A stretch of DNA of 64,000 nucleotides from Octopus sinensis (taxonomy: Eukaryota), in contig NW_021832274.1 of the NCBI RefSeq assembly GCF_006345805.1, positions 1 through 64,000 on the forward strand, written 5' to 3'. Below are positions 29,244 to 42,299 of the stretch, piece by piece. The notes under the pieces are model-generated. The model ran no database searches and was not told where the DNA came from. It saw only the letters and a program-made list of their open reading frames with translations. Every line of letters begins with the position of its first letter. The first letter of the stretch is position 1. A program made the position numbers and the translations under genes.

Positions 29244-29525
29244 CGTCGTCATATGTACACTCGCGTACTTTTCTTATATTCTTGTGCCAAAGTCAATCTT
29301 CCAAACAGCCAAGGAAGACGATAAAAGGAATGTATACTGATATATTTGTATAACCATAAACCACACCACACCACACCACATCCGCACAAGAAACACGCTC
29401 GCACACAGAGACATACACACATACATACACGCGCATATAAGTATATGTATATATATGTGCATGAGATACATATATCTTTATACACGTGTGTGTCTATATA
29501 TGTATTATATATATACATGTGTATG

Positions 29526-29558
<33 letters not shown>

Positions 29559-29718
29559 GTATATCCATATTCATATATCTTTATACACATGTGTGTATGT
29601 ATGGTAATGTGAATAGATGTACCAATATATGGTCTTTTTATTGTTTTCATTGGTCGTTTCCAAGATTGATATTGGCACAAGAATATAAGAAATGTACGCG
29701 AGTGTACATACAACGACG
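29244..29718. repeat. Foldback: ~85-bp diverged inverted arms enclosing microsatellite
   Basis: 29244-29328 and 29634-29718 are reverse complements (TATGTACACTCGCGTAC.TTTCTTATATTCTTGTGCCAA..TCAATCTT). Confidence 0.85.
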
Positions 29719-30354
29719 CAAATATACATAATTGAAGGTATCAAATCGGAACAAGGTTAAATGCAATAAATAAATAAATGCACTCAATACATGGAATATA
29801 GTGTTAGAATATTAATTGTTAATTTCGTAGATTAAACTCTCACCGAAAGTTTCCTTTTCTTTAAAAAGCTACCAAAGAGAAAGATTACAGAAAAGTTGAC
29901 AGAACATGGATTTATTAATCACGTGAAAGAAAAAATCGTCATCATTTAAAAAATAGTTTATTAATATATGTGAAGGTAATGGTCGCGGTGTAAAATTAAA
30001 AAGTTCGGTAAGTCAAAAAAATATATTAGAGAGGTCGAATTTTATACCTGTTTACACATATACTGTATTAGTAAAGCGTATAACTATGACGGATGAGAAA
30101 CGTAGATAAATAAATTTAAAGTTAAAATAGTAATAATTGTAATGAAGTTGATAGAAAACAAGGGAAGTAACTAGGATGTCTTTGGGATAGTAAAGTAAAT
30201 TGTAGGTAATAATTAGGAATTGTTATTTATAATCCAATAGTTTAAATCCAACGAAGTTAGGTTTGTCGTTCATTCTTTCGGGGTTGATAAAATATAGTAC
30301 TGGAACAAACAACACTACCTTTCTTCCTTCCATTGGAAGTGGCTGTTCTAGACA

Positions 30355-30506
30355 CCAGTACGCAATTGGTACTCAATTTATCGATCCCGAAAGGAGGAAA
30401 GGCCAAGTCAACCTCGGCGGAATTTGATCTCAGAACGCAAAGACAGACGAAATACCGCTACGCCTTTCGCCCGGCGAGCTAACGTTTCTGCCGGCTCGCC
30501 GACTTA
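30355..30506 (-). mobile_element. SINE family B, head and core
   Basis: Reverse complement of AAG(G)CGGCGAGC.GGCAGAAACGTTAGC.CGCCGGGCGAAA head plus core. Confidence 0.85.
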
Positions 30507-32469
30507 AAAATTAAAGGCAAAATTGGCCGCTGCGGAATTTGAACTCAGTGGGTAAAGAGTGACGAATTGTTGTTAAGAAATTTGTCCCGAGTGTTAAACA
30601 ATTACTGATTATTATGTAAGTAAAAATTAACGATTTATTTAATGTATTTCATGAAAGTGACGAATATGCGGAATGATCTGCTCTAAGAATTACTGATTAA
30701 GTAATATAAAGAAAATATATATTGTTTGAAGCCAGCTTTAAGAAATATACACATTAAAACAAAATATAAACGGCGGATAAATTAGGGGAAATAAATGCAT
30801 CAATGAATAAATAAATGAAGTTAAATTACTAGGGGCAGTCAACGTACGTAGACAGATTGTACAGTTTTTAATATGATCGAAAATTGAACTAAATATGGTT
30901 CAGAGAAAGAAGGTTACACCTTAAAATATTTCAGCTATTATACGGGGTGGGGGGATACTTATGCTGTATTTTAGGGCCTTTGGGAGCGACATTTAAATAC
31001 AAAGTTATTTGATAATTTATTTTTGAATATGGTGTGCAACATTCTTGATATAAAATCAAGAAATGAAACAGATTTTGTCGTACTTAGGAAGGGTCGTTAT
31101 GCTAATAGTAAAAACACGCCCTCGTTGTATTTCACTTCTTATACTATTACTCTGCTACTTGCTAAATAGTCAGCTAGTAGATTGCTTGATTGATGGTTCG
31201 GTTAATTGATTACTCAGCTAGGTTCGTCGGAATACCTTCGTACCATTCCCGATCTCAATGATTTTTTCCTGGATACTCTAGATTATTATAGTAGCAAAGA
31301 CACCGAAACTTCAAGTTTCACCTCTCGGAGGTAATTCAAACTGCTTCAGGGGAATGAAACTTGAAACCACATTGAAACTACACACACACACACACACACA
31401 CCACACACACACACAAACACAAATACACACACACGTATATATTACGTGTTTACTAACATATTGATATATACGCGCAAGTGCGCTTTGATGAGTTAATATT
31501 TTGTACGCATGCTTTTAAATCTTTTGAACCCGTATATTGTAGAACCCATAAAACCATGATTTTTATGTCATTAACAATACTCTGTCTCTTGCTGCTGCTG
31601 CTGCTGCAATTGTTGTTGCTGTTATTTTTGTTGTTTTCTCGGCTAAATTACTTTATGACTAATTCGCAATTTATCATTGAATCATTCTTCTCATCACTAG
31701 GTTTCTTAATTTATAACAGATTACGAGGTCAACAGTCGCATCAAATTGATATCATTAATACGACTATACAAGAGACTGCAGACTTGTTGGCTTCACTTAA
31801 TTGTGCAGCCACTTCTGGTATTCTAGAGCAATACTTTGGGGTCAAGTATTTTAATGAGCGTTTAGTTCAGTTAAGTTTACGTTTAATTAGTCTTAATTAG
31901 AATATGATTTGCTAACTAACTTTGGTAATATATTTAAGATTTAAGTGTTTTCGTTCGTTGTTTCACGGAGTTGGAGTTGTTAAGGTTTAGGTGAGCTCTG
32001 ATCCAGCAGGTCAAAACAGCTCTAGACGTAATGATCTTGAGTCTGTTTTTAGATTTAATGTGTCTGGGATTTGATGTTTTAAAGCAGTAATATGGGATTT
32101 AACGAAGAAGCGGTTACCACTTTTAGCAGGTCGAGAGACAAGATCGAGGTTTCAAGAAGATACTGCCGTCGGTGCGTTGTATCATTATTTATAGAACTCA
32201 GATATGTATTTGCTTATCTGTATTGAAACCATAAATGTGGCGGATTTGAACCACTGCTCTAAGTTAATGACATACGCGCCTGTTATAGATGTTTCCCGTG
32301 GTATAGTGTTTGATATACCAGTAATTGCCTGTCGTTCACCTGGACACTCTGGATTACTTCTTTTGGCTCATAAACACAATCAGACTCTCTCTCTCTCTCA
32401 CACACACTCACACATATTTACACACATTCTCACACACTCTCACACACACACACATATACATATATATAT

Positions 32470-32501
<32 letters not shown>

Positions 32502-32502
<1 letters not shown>

Positions 32503-32908
32503 GGCTGTGTGGTAAGTAGCTTGCTAACCAACCACATGGTTCCGGGTTCAGTCCCACTGCGTGGCATCTTGGGCAAATGTCTTCTGCTATAGCCCCGGGC
32601 CGACCAATGCCTTGTGAGCGGATTTGGTAGACGGAAACTGAAAGAAGCCTGTCGTATATATGTATATATATATATATATATATGTATGTGGGTGTATGTT
32701 TGCGTGTCTGTGTTTGTCCCCCTAGCATTGCTTGACAACCGATGCTGGTGTGTTTACGTCGCCGTCACTTAGCGGTTCGGCAAAAGAGACCGATAGAATA
32801 AGTACTGGGCTTACTAAGAATAAGTCCCGGGGTCGATTTGCTCGACTAAAGGCGGTGCTCTAGCATGGCCGCAGTCAAATGACTGAAACAAGTAAAAGAG
32901 TAAAAGAG
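32502..32908 (+). mobile_element. tRNA-derived SINE family A
   Basis: Near-identical to 13905; the first few bases are replaced by (TA)n. Confidence 0.9.
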
Positions 32909-35900
32909 TATATATATATATTCCTATATCTATATGAGTGTATATACTACAGAATATACGAACATATACAGATAAATGTATACATGCTATACGAATGTAG
33001 ATAGCTACAGTTATTGAAATTTTTCAGTTTTTATAGAAGTAAGACTTACATCATCTCCAACTTTTCATTTTATTACTTACAAGTTTGGTTCTTTAACAGA
33101 CCGCAATGTTTCTCTGATGCTAGACGAAAGTTTTAATATGCTTCGATCAGCAAAATTGCTTCCTGAATAATTTCCAATAAATACAACATTTCTTTAAATC
33201 GACGAATGAAAACCATAATCCATGCAAATAGAATTCATTGGAATACTGCATTTACAATTTTATATTGCCATTATTAAATGCAAGAGCATACTAAAATCTT
33301 AGTAGAATATCTAACCCTCACCTAACAAGGCGCATGTCTATGTAATATGATTACATTGATTGGGTTATATGCGTAGCTTATAAAGCTGTCGATAGTTATT
33401 CTAATTTTCTTAATATACTTTCGATTTTAAGACTTGATAAGAGTTTTAGCTGTTGCTTGTTTTATTTGATATGTTCTTAATGAAGACATGCATTTCCATA
33501 GTAAATTTTTAAAAATGGCATTAGCATTTAGATGTGTATGCATGTTTAAATGCAAGTCAATAGTTTTATGTGTATGTGTAGGCAGTGTGCGCTTTTGCGT
33601 GTGTTTGAATGAATGTGTCTAAAAAACTGATGCAAATATTTGCCAATGCAATTGTCATTTTTACGTAAAGTTACTGTAAACCATATTTATTTACAATAAG
33701 CATTAAAAAAAACGAATAAAACAATAGCATGATTCAAAAATAGAATAACAATATAATAAATATCAGGTAAAATGTGACATTAATGCAATAAAAATTGGAT
33801 TCCTGCTTTCCATTAGAGATTTAGGCTGAAAGAGATGTTTATTTTCGAGTGAGAAAATATTCTGGAGATTATTCATGTCCATTTATCATGTGAATCCGAA
33901 GAAAATAAATGCATTAAAGGATTTTAATTCTGGGTTTATTGAAAGGATTGCTGTTTACAAAATGTTAGCGTGAGGCTAGTGTTATTCAAAAGATTTTTGT
34001 TCAGTCCATTATCTAAATTTAGCTGATATTTACTATCATAATTCTGTACAGATATAAAAGAATATAAAATAAATGCCCTTTGTCCAAATGTCTTGGTTTG
34101 ATCAGAACCATATAAACTTAGTATGTATTATAGTTTTTAAGATTCTGATAGTGTGCGCTGTTGTAACTGGTGAAGTATAGGTCAGAAGAATTAAGAACGA
34201 ATATTTTTTCTGACTTTAGTAAAAGATATTCTTCTCCAAAGAGTATTACTGAAGCTTGAAAGATGATCGATAACAATGTATAGAGAGTTAATGTTTAGAG
34301 TAATTTCCAAACATTGTAGTAAGTGGCAACTCACTCGAAATTACAGTCATGGTTGTCTGACCGTTTCCGATGATAATGACAATACCGCTGTATCGTAAAC
34401 AGATTTATAGTAACAACATGTTAGAATTTCTTGAACGGGAGAATGTCAGCAACGCACGATAGAATTTGATTTCAATGACATTTACAACCCCAACAGGAAT
34501 AAACGAATTCTGTAATCTTCTTAGAATCGGAGATAGTAAACAACTTTTGGAGAACATACTAAAAATATAGTTAAACTACTTCTAGTGAAGTTTTGTTACC
34601 TAACACCAAGTTGCGTTCTTAATTTTCTTCTATATTTACATCAATACACAGTATTCATAAGTTTTTTTGCTCATAGTGATAGACATCTAAACTTAATCGT
34701 TGCACGTCGCTAGGAGATGGTATGGGTTAGCTTCCCTGCTCGCAATTATATCGGATGCAGCTGTGCATCGTTAACCAGCTAGAGGGGATGTCCTCTTGGG
34801 GTTAATAAGTCACAGTAGAATCCGCTCGACCGGCCAGCCATGTTTAAGTAGCTAAGAATATAACCTTTTTATCGTTTTTCACCTAAAATATGCCACATCC
34901 AGGATCCTATATTTCTCTCGATTTTGCAGTCGCTCCGTATTCTGAGCCAATGTCTCTTTTTTTCTGAATTGGTATCATATCATTTATAATATAACATTTA
35001 CTGAATTTTATGCTATTGATATGAAGAGCTGTGCCTCTCCAAACCATGTTCAAGTTATCAATAAAGGAGAGGTAAGAGGTTTCAGTGCGAGAAGTTATGA
35101 TACCATATTATTTATATTGATAAAAACACGAAGAATATAATTCTTATATTAAGTTTATTATTTTAATGGTATATCTGCAAAATATTTTCGTGGTTGAAGA
35201 CACCCAGCTTACTGTGCTGTGAAATCAAACCCAAAACTACTTAAATTGAAAGTGACTTCTTCGCCACATATCTGCACCTCTAAGACAAACTTTAAATGAG
35301 GAATTAAAGACATAAAATTTTTAGGTTTCTAGTTGGGGTTAAAGTAGTGACGATAGTTTTCCGTTGTGTGTACTTATGTAAAATATTTTACAGGAACTAA
35401 ATTCTATTTATATCGCCATAGAATTCTAGAGTTTCAAGAGAAATCCACTGAATAGAAAGTAACTATTTATCTGCATATAACATTTTAAGTATTTGACATA
35501 TCATTAATCTAATTTTATGTTTAAATCTATCCTCGCTACCATATTGTAATGTCTCACAAAGAAAATACAATAATGTATGAAAAGTAGGACAGATGGTTCA
35601 AAGGTGGTGGTGTAAATAGAATGCATGGCTTTCTTGTACTTTCCAAAGACATTGGCGTCAAAAGTGAATGCAAATAAGTTTTATCAATAACTGAAACCAT
35701 GTTGCTGAAAAGGTTAGCCGGGGACGGAGATTGAGACGTGCTGTGTAAATACTATCTAAAGTAGTTTGGTACAAAGAATGTGTATATAAAAGAGGCAATA
35801 AGTTATAGCACGAATGACCTAAATGAATTCTCAACGAAATTGGAATTAGATAGTTAGGGAAGCTGAGTTAAGTAAATTTAATATGTCACTCGATTTAACA

Positions 35901-37253
35901 TCACACCTGGTCTGTCGGTATTTCTAATGACAGCCACTCGGCTTGGCGCATTTGGACCGAGTCTTATATCCGAATATACCGTCTAATATTTGCTGAAATT
36001 CCGTTTCGGAGGTCCTGAGAAGGGTGTACAGGAACTAAGTGAATGAAACAAAATAGAAAAGGATTTTCGACATTGAGGAGTTGTGTTTCAATTTCGGTTA
36101 AGAGAAAGCTCAATAACGTTATTAAGTTTTCGATTTAATGTAAACTTATCTAAAATATTAATTTCTTGCAAAAAGAATCAAGCCCTCTCATTTAAAGAAA
36201 TATGAGACTCTTTGAATGCCATTTGGACTATTTTAAACACTACAGAGATGCTTGCTACTGGTGTTTTAAGTTATTATTTTCATCGGCGACACTTGATGTT
36301 ATATTAGTTTATGATCAATGTGAAGAAAGGATTATAGTGTTCATACTTTTAGCAAGTATTTTGATGCCGTAAAGAGAGAGAGAAATCATTTGAAGGTTGA
36401 TACGAAACTGGGTCGCTGTTTCAGTTGCTTTGGAACATCGCGACTACACTGCAGCACACCCTACGCATATTGACATTCTGTTATAAACAAACAACGTCTG
36501 AATTGGTTATGACTTAAAGAGAAAAGATGAATGTTTGTTATCGATGACCCTGGCAGTTGAACATGTGGTTCATAGCAGTACTTCGATTGATTAATGCATT
36601 ATGCTCGGCTTATGCCCTCCTTTCGACTGGCATTTCGTTGTACTTACTACAAATTATAAAATTGTAAAACAAAATTTAAAATAAAATAGCCAAGACAGGA
36701 ACCAATAAATCAACTTTTCATTCGATCTGTATCTAGTCTAAATTAGTTTAGCTCCAACATCACCCCTTATTTACTATTAAATGTCTGTAAATGGCGCCAA
36801 CGTCAAAATAAACACAACACCATTCTTTGAAAAATATTTGCCGAATAAAAAATATAATACGAAATATGAACCAATGTAACAAACACAAAAGTATATATGT
36901 GATGATGTATCTACCTTATAGTCTCATTACAAGAGATATGCTGTGTGTATTGAAGTATGTATTAGAGTGTGTGCGCAGACTACTTTTTTTTATCAGCATT
37001 TAAATATTGCACACGCCAGATATAACTACTGATAAATGCTCACAAAAACACATACCCACACACATTTACACTGACAGATACGCACATATACAAATACATG
37101 TATATATACTGGATATATACTGCTATATGTGGGTGTGTCTGTGTGTATACACATCCATATATCATCGTTTAAACGTTTAAGTTCCTTGCCGACACGAGTT
37201 ATGTATGGAAAATTTGAAAAAGAGTGAGATTGGTGAACCATTGTGCTTTTAAA

Positions 37254-37313
37254 GGCAGTGGGACTGAACTCGGAACCATGTGGTTGGTAAGCAAGCTACT
37301 TACCACATAGCCT
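37254..37313 (-). mobile_element. SINE family A tRNA head only
   Basis: GTGGGACTGAAC.CGGAACCATGTGGTTGGTAAGCAAGCTACTTACCACA.AGCC. Confidence 0.8.
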
Positions 37314-37349
37314 ATAGAATATATATATATATACATGAGTGGGGGGTAT

Positions 37350-37407
<58 letters not shown>

Positions 37408-37479
37408 GTATATAAATATATATATAAACACACACACACAGATATTGTATTGTAAAATTTGCGCTTAATATGATATCCA

Positions 37480-37592
37480 TTTTTGTCTGTTTTAGGTAAG
37501 TACCACTCCCAAAGCAAGAGGTTCTTCATTCCTATTGCTAACTATTTCCTTAGCAACTGTCTACATTTGTCTGTTCTTGTACAGGTAAGTAC
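37480..37592 (+). other. Candidate splice cassette: tandem AG|GTAAGT sites (recursive splice points) or an 89-nt exon (37496-37584)
   Basis: TTTTGTCTGTTTTAG|GTAAGTAC at 37495/6 and TTTGTCTGTTCTTGTACAG|GTAAGTAC at 37584/5; internal CTAAC (37538-42) and TTTCCTTAG (to 37553). No transcript evidence. Confidence 0.35.
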
Positions 37593-38098
37593 TAGCATTT
37601 CTCTTTTAGAATGTTGTTATAGATAACAAAGAAACGATTCTTTACGAAAAAAACAATTAGAATGTTTTGACATCAGTATGGTATCAGTTATAAACCTATA
37701 TGGCCGTGTTCACATTTTCTATTGGAGTCATGGACTAATCGTGCGTTTGGCGTTTGAAATCTGGCGGCACTCTTGTGTGTTCCGCTGGGAACATAGACAA
37801 AATATTCCAGAGCGATCGGACGAAATAGAGAGAAAATGTGAAAGCGAGAGAAAAAGAAGAAGAGGTGGAGAATAAGAAATAGAGGATGAGAAGGGGAAGC
37901 GGGTGAGAAGAGGAGGAATTGAAATCTGATATCAACTTGTACTTTATTTATCAGCCCTGAAAGGATGAACGTCAAATTGTTGACCTCTGCAGCACTCGAA
38001 CTCGCTACATAGAGGCATAGAACAAATACTGCAAGGCATTGTACCTGATATTCATACGACTACATGAATTAATGGCCTCTTTGTTGCAAATAAATGAA

Positions 38099-38177
<79 letters not shown>

Positions 38178-38178
<1 letters not shown>

Positions 38179-38429
38179 CATTATTACACTTATTATTGAG
38201 TGAGAGAGCAATGGATGCCATCAAAGTGACACTGGGGTTAAATATACGAAGCCCAGTATACCCATCATGACTACCCATCTGATAAGGGTACACCAGGCAC
38301 ATGCATCACAAACATATGTGCGCGACATAGTAATCTCTTATCAAGATAAACATCGCATGACCCTGCAGTTGGGGGCCAGTTAGAATTTTCATCATGTCAA
38401 GTAGCCCATCCCGCTCAAAAAGTCCTTGA

Positions 38430-38526
<97 letters not shown>

Positions 38527-38777
38527 CATTATTACACTTATTATTGAGTGAGAGAGCAATGGATGCCATCAAAGTGACACTGGGGTTAAATATACGAAGC
38601 CCAGTATACCCATCATGACTACCCATCTGATAAGGGTACACCAGGCACATGCATCACAAACATATGTGCGCGACATAGTAATCTCTTATCAAGATAAACA
38701 TCGCATGACCCTGCAGTTGGGGGCCAGTTAGAATTTTCATCATGTCAAGTAGCCCATCCCGCTCAAAAAGTCCTTGA

Positions 38778-38778
<1 letters not shown>
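38178..38778 (-). repeat. 348-bp-period tandem duplication of an R4/Dong 5'-UTR-like fragment within (TTA)n
   Basis: 38198-38430 and 38546-38778 appear identical; homologous to 17575-17800. Confidence 0.9.
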
Positions 38779-38854
<76 letters not shown>

Positions 38855-39459
38855 AAACTGTTAATTTATATGTCGGGCTCAGTGAAGGGGCCATGCGCAA
38901 ATAAAAAAGCTAAAAATGTTGGTTATGGTTTAAACTACTGTATATGTAGCATTGATCTTTCCTTCTTACTGGTATATTTATGCCACTACTGAAAGTATGC
39001 TTTGGAAGAGGTGCTGTTTGCCCTGCAATTTAGAAATTATATGTACATATATAATTAACATGTGCAATATATGGAACGTCAATGTACTCAGTAGAAATAA
39101 ATATATGGTGTAGAAAAATATAATAGTAGATACTTACAAATATGTTCTGGTTTGCACGGGAGACAACTTTAGGCATAATTCTGTATTATTCTTATCTTCT
39201 CGACAAAGCGCAATATTTCAGTCTATTTCAGTCTACTTACCGAAATAATTATAAAATATAAAGCAGAAAAAAACTCAAAGTTTTGGGGCAGAGATATATC
39301 TTTTATATTTTACCATTTTCAGTTATTGGACTGTAGCAATGCAGTTACTACAGTTCAATAACTGTATATATGAAATGAACTTGAAAATAAACTGTATATG
39401 TAAATAAAGTTGAAAGGTTTAGTCACGAAAATGGACCCTAGTACTTATTTCCAAGTTTA

Positions 39460-39730
39460 TTACCTACTGTATCGTTCTCTTGTGCCAACTCGCTAAGTTA
39501 TGGGGGCATAAACAGACCAACACGGTTTCCAGTGTTGGCGTGGCAAACACAGACACAAAGAGACACACAAACTCATGTATATATATATATTTATAAACGA
39601 CGAGCTCCCACACAGTTTTTCGTCAGTCAAATCCATTTACAAATCCTTATAGAAGACGCCCACGGTTACGTGTAGTGGAACTGAACCCCAAAGCACGTCA
39701 TTTCGATACAAGCTTCTTAACCTAACAACT
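39460..39730 (-). mobile_element. Old diverged SINE family A copy
   Basis: Patchy similarity to the reverse complement of family A. Confidence 0.5.
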
Positions 39731-39850
39731 ATTGACGAAGATAAAAGACTCTAAGAGACAGTAAGTATCAATTATCAATGAATAACTAATGCTCACATCT
39801 CTTTAATTGTTACTGTATATAAAAACCTTAATGAAAAGAGGACTCTTTAG

Positions 39851-40635
39851 TACCTATTTCTTTACTACCCACAAAGGGCTAAACACAGAGATGACAAACA
39901 AGGACAGACAAACGGGTTAAGTCAATTATATCAACCCCAGTGCGTAAATGGTACTTATTTAATCGACCCCGAAAGGATGAAAGGCAAAATCGACCTCGGC
40001 GGAATTTGAACCCAGAATGTAACGGCAGACGAAATACCTACTTCTTTACTGCCCACAAGGGGCTAAACATAGAGGGGACAAACAAGGACAGACGAACGGA
40101 TTAAGTCGATTACATCGACCCCTGTGCGTATCTGGTGCTTATTTATCGACCCCGAAAGAATGAAAGGCAAAGTCGACCTCGGCGGAATTTGAACTCAGAA
40201 CGTAACGGCAGACGAAATACTTATTTCTTTACTACCCACAACGGGCTAAACACAGAGAGGACAAACAAGGACAGTCAAACGGATTAAGTCGATTACACCG
40301 ACCCCAGTGCGTAAATGGTACTTATTTAATCGACCCCGAAAGGATGAAAGGCAAATCGACCTCGGTGGAATTTGAACTCAGAACGTAACGGCAGACGAAA
40401 TACTTATTTCTTTACTACCCACAGGCTAAGCATAGAAGGGACAAACAAGGACAGACGAACGTATGAAGTCGATTACATCGACCCCCAGTGCGTAACTGGA
40501 GCTTAATTTATCGACCCCGAAAGGATTAAAGGCAAAGTCGACCTCGGCGGAATTTGAATTTAGAACGCAGATTGGACGAAATACCGCAAAGCATTTCGTC
40601 CGGCGTGCTAACGTTTCTGCCATCTCGCCACCTTA
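39851..40635 (-). mobile_element. SINE family B multimer: one tRNA head plus four tandem ~183-bp units
   Basis: Units 39851-40034, 40035-40217, 40218-40400, 40401-40581, then the head 40582-40635; the units differ by many substitutions. Confidence 0.9.
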
Positions 40636-41251
40636 TCTTTAGTACCGTCTAAAGAACATAGGAATACTGGAAAGTTTCTTTGAATTCCACTCAGTGTATA
40701 CTATGGCTTACTATGAATAAATAAATCTTACGAGCTCCAGTGCATCGCTTCTTCAGGGAGAGGGTGATATTATGTTATTAAGAAGGCACACGGTTTAGTG
40801 CTTCGAAATATAAGAAGCAGGTTTAAATTTAGCAAGGAAACAATAAACCTGTGCGTTCGTACTATTTTAGAAGCAGGTGATTCAATTATTACAAACGGCT
40901 CTGTCCCTTCTCGTACTCAGACCTGACAATGGTTGGTCATTAGTAGGTTGACTGGTTTAATTTCGGTTGCAATTCGCCATTAATATTCCTGATCGCCAAA
41001 TCTCTTGAAGAAAACTTCACTTTAACTGTGCATTAATATTCTTAGCACTTGTGATGAGAGGTTGCCGTAGTGAATAAATTTTGCCAATTTGCAGATCTAA
41101 ACAAATAATGATGCGCACATACATACAAATAGATACATATATACGTAAATACATATCTGTCTGTCTATAACCAAGTCTCGTTCTCTCACTCTTATTATAC
41201 ATATATACATACATACGTACGTATGTAAGTATGTATGTATCTGTGCATGAA

Positions 41252-41320
<69 letters not shown>

Positions 41321-41420
41321 ACACACACACACACATACACACACACATGCATACATACACACACACACACTCAGACAGACAGACACACACACACAAACAC
41401 ACACACACACACTCACATAT

Positions 41421-41454
<34 letters not shown>

Positions 41455-41899
41455 AAACATCACCAACTCTCTTCAAGATATTTTCACTTTAACAAGGCAT
41501 CAATACTCTTAGCAGTTGTGCTTTATTTACGTTCAAGTAATAATAAAAGCCATTTTAATCTGAATGGTTACTTTATACTTTTGTAGAGGACAAATTTATT
41601 ATTCTTAAGCAAGAATGTCATTGATAGTGACTTCGAAGTTTTGACTTAGCTGGCCGAAACTTTGAAGTCATTGCTCGACTGTCTGCATATGCAAAAACAA
41701 ACACACATACACACGCACACATACTCACACGCGCACACACATAGACGCGCACGCACACACACAGATTTACTATTCCACATACCATTATACATATATTGGT
41801 ATGTATGAGTGTGTTTGTGCCGATGTATAAATTTTCCCGAATATGAAAACGCTCTCTAGCGCGCACACATACATAAATACATGCATGTATACATATATA

Positions 41900-42290
41900 T
41901 ATTTAAATCTTTAAATGTTTTCAGTTTCAAAGCTGTGGTCATCACCGTTGGCTGCGCTACACCATGATATGAAACATCCTCTGATATGTGGCATCTGGTG
42001 AATAAGGGAGTTTGATATCGCTACCCTCATCTGTGTTTCGTGCCGTAAGGTAGGCTCATCAGGGACCGTTGGCAGGAAGAGATCCAGTCTTGTTTTGAAG
42101 ACATCTACATCTACACCATGCAGGCCTCTCAGGCCTTTTGGAAGGATATTGAAAAGCTGTAGGCTCTTGAAACCCCAGCTGTTGCAGTATCTGATCCTAT
42201 ATTTTGAGTGACGCCGGAATCTTTGGTACTATGCAGCGGATGCAGTGTCGCCCTGTTCTTTCTGTTGGTATATCTTTCAATGCCAAAGGA
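41900..42290 (-). mobile_element. CR1-type LINE 3' end (RT C-terminus relic)
   Basis: Minus translation RYCNSWGFKSLQLFNILPKGLRGLHGVDVDVFKTRLDLFLPTVPDEPTLRHETQMRVAISNSLIHQM has the LFN.LP...FK..LD..L..VPD.P...SNSL pattern. Confidence 0.7.
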
Positions 42291-42299
42291 CACATGAAT

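Noticed and set aside
31303-31366. 11-bp inverted repeat TTCAAGTTTCA/TGAAACTTGAA with CTGAAGC..GAAAC on the minus strand
   Set aside because: Core has C at A9 and stem I does not pair; too weak.
39851-40581. Regularly spaced repeats as a CRISPR-like array
   Set aside because: Units are whole SINE bodies with no unique spacers; eukaryotic context and no cas genes.
40715-40760. Minus-strand CTGAAGA-AGC..GCT-C-GTAA
   Set aside because: No GAAA, stem III or stem I; at best an unrecognisable remnant.
42020-42066. Minus-strand CTGATGA-GCC..GGC-AC-GAAAC hammerhead-like match
   Set aside because: Lies within the CR1 reading frame (VPDEPTLRHET); stems I and III do not close, so the match is coincidental.
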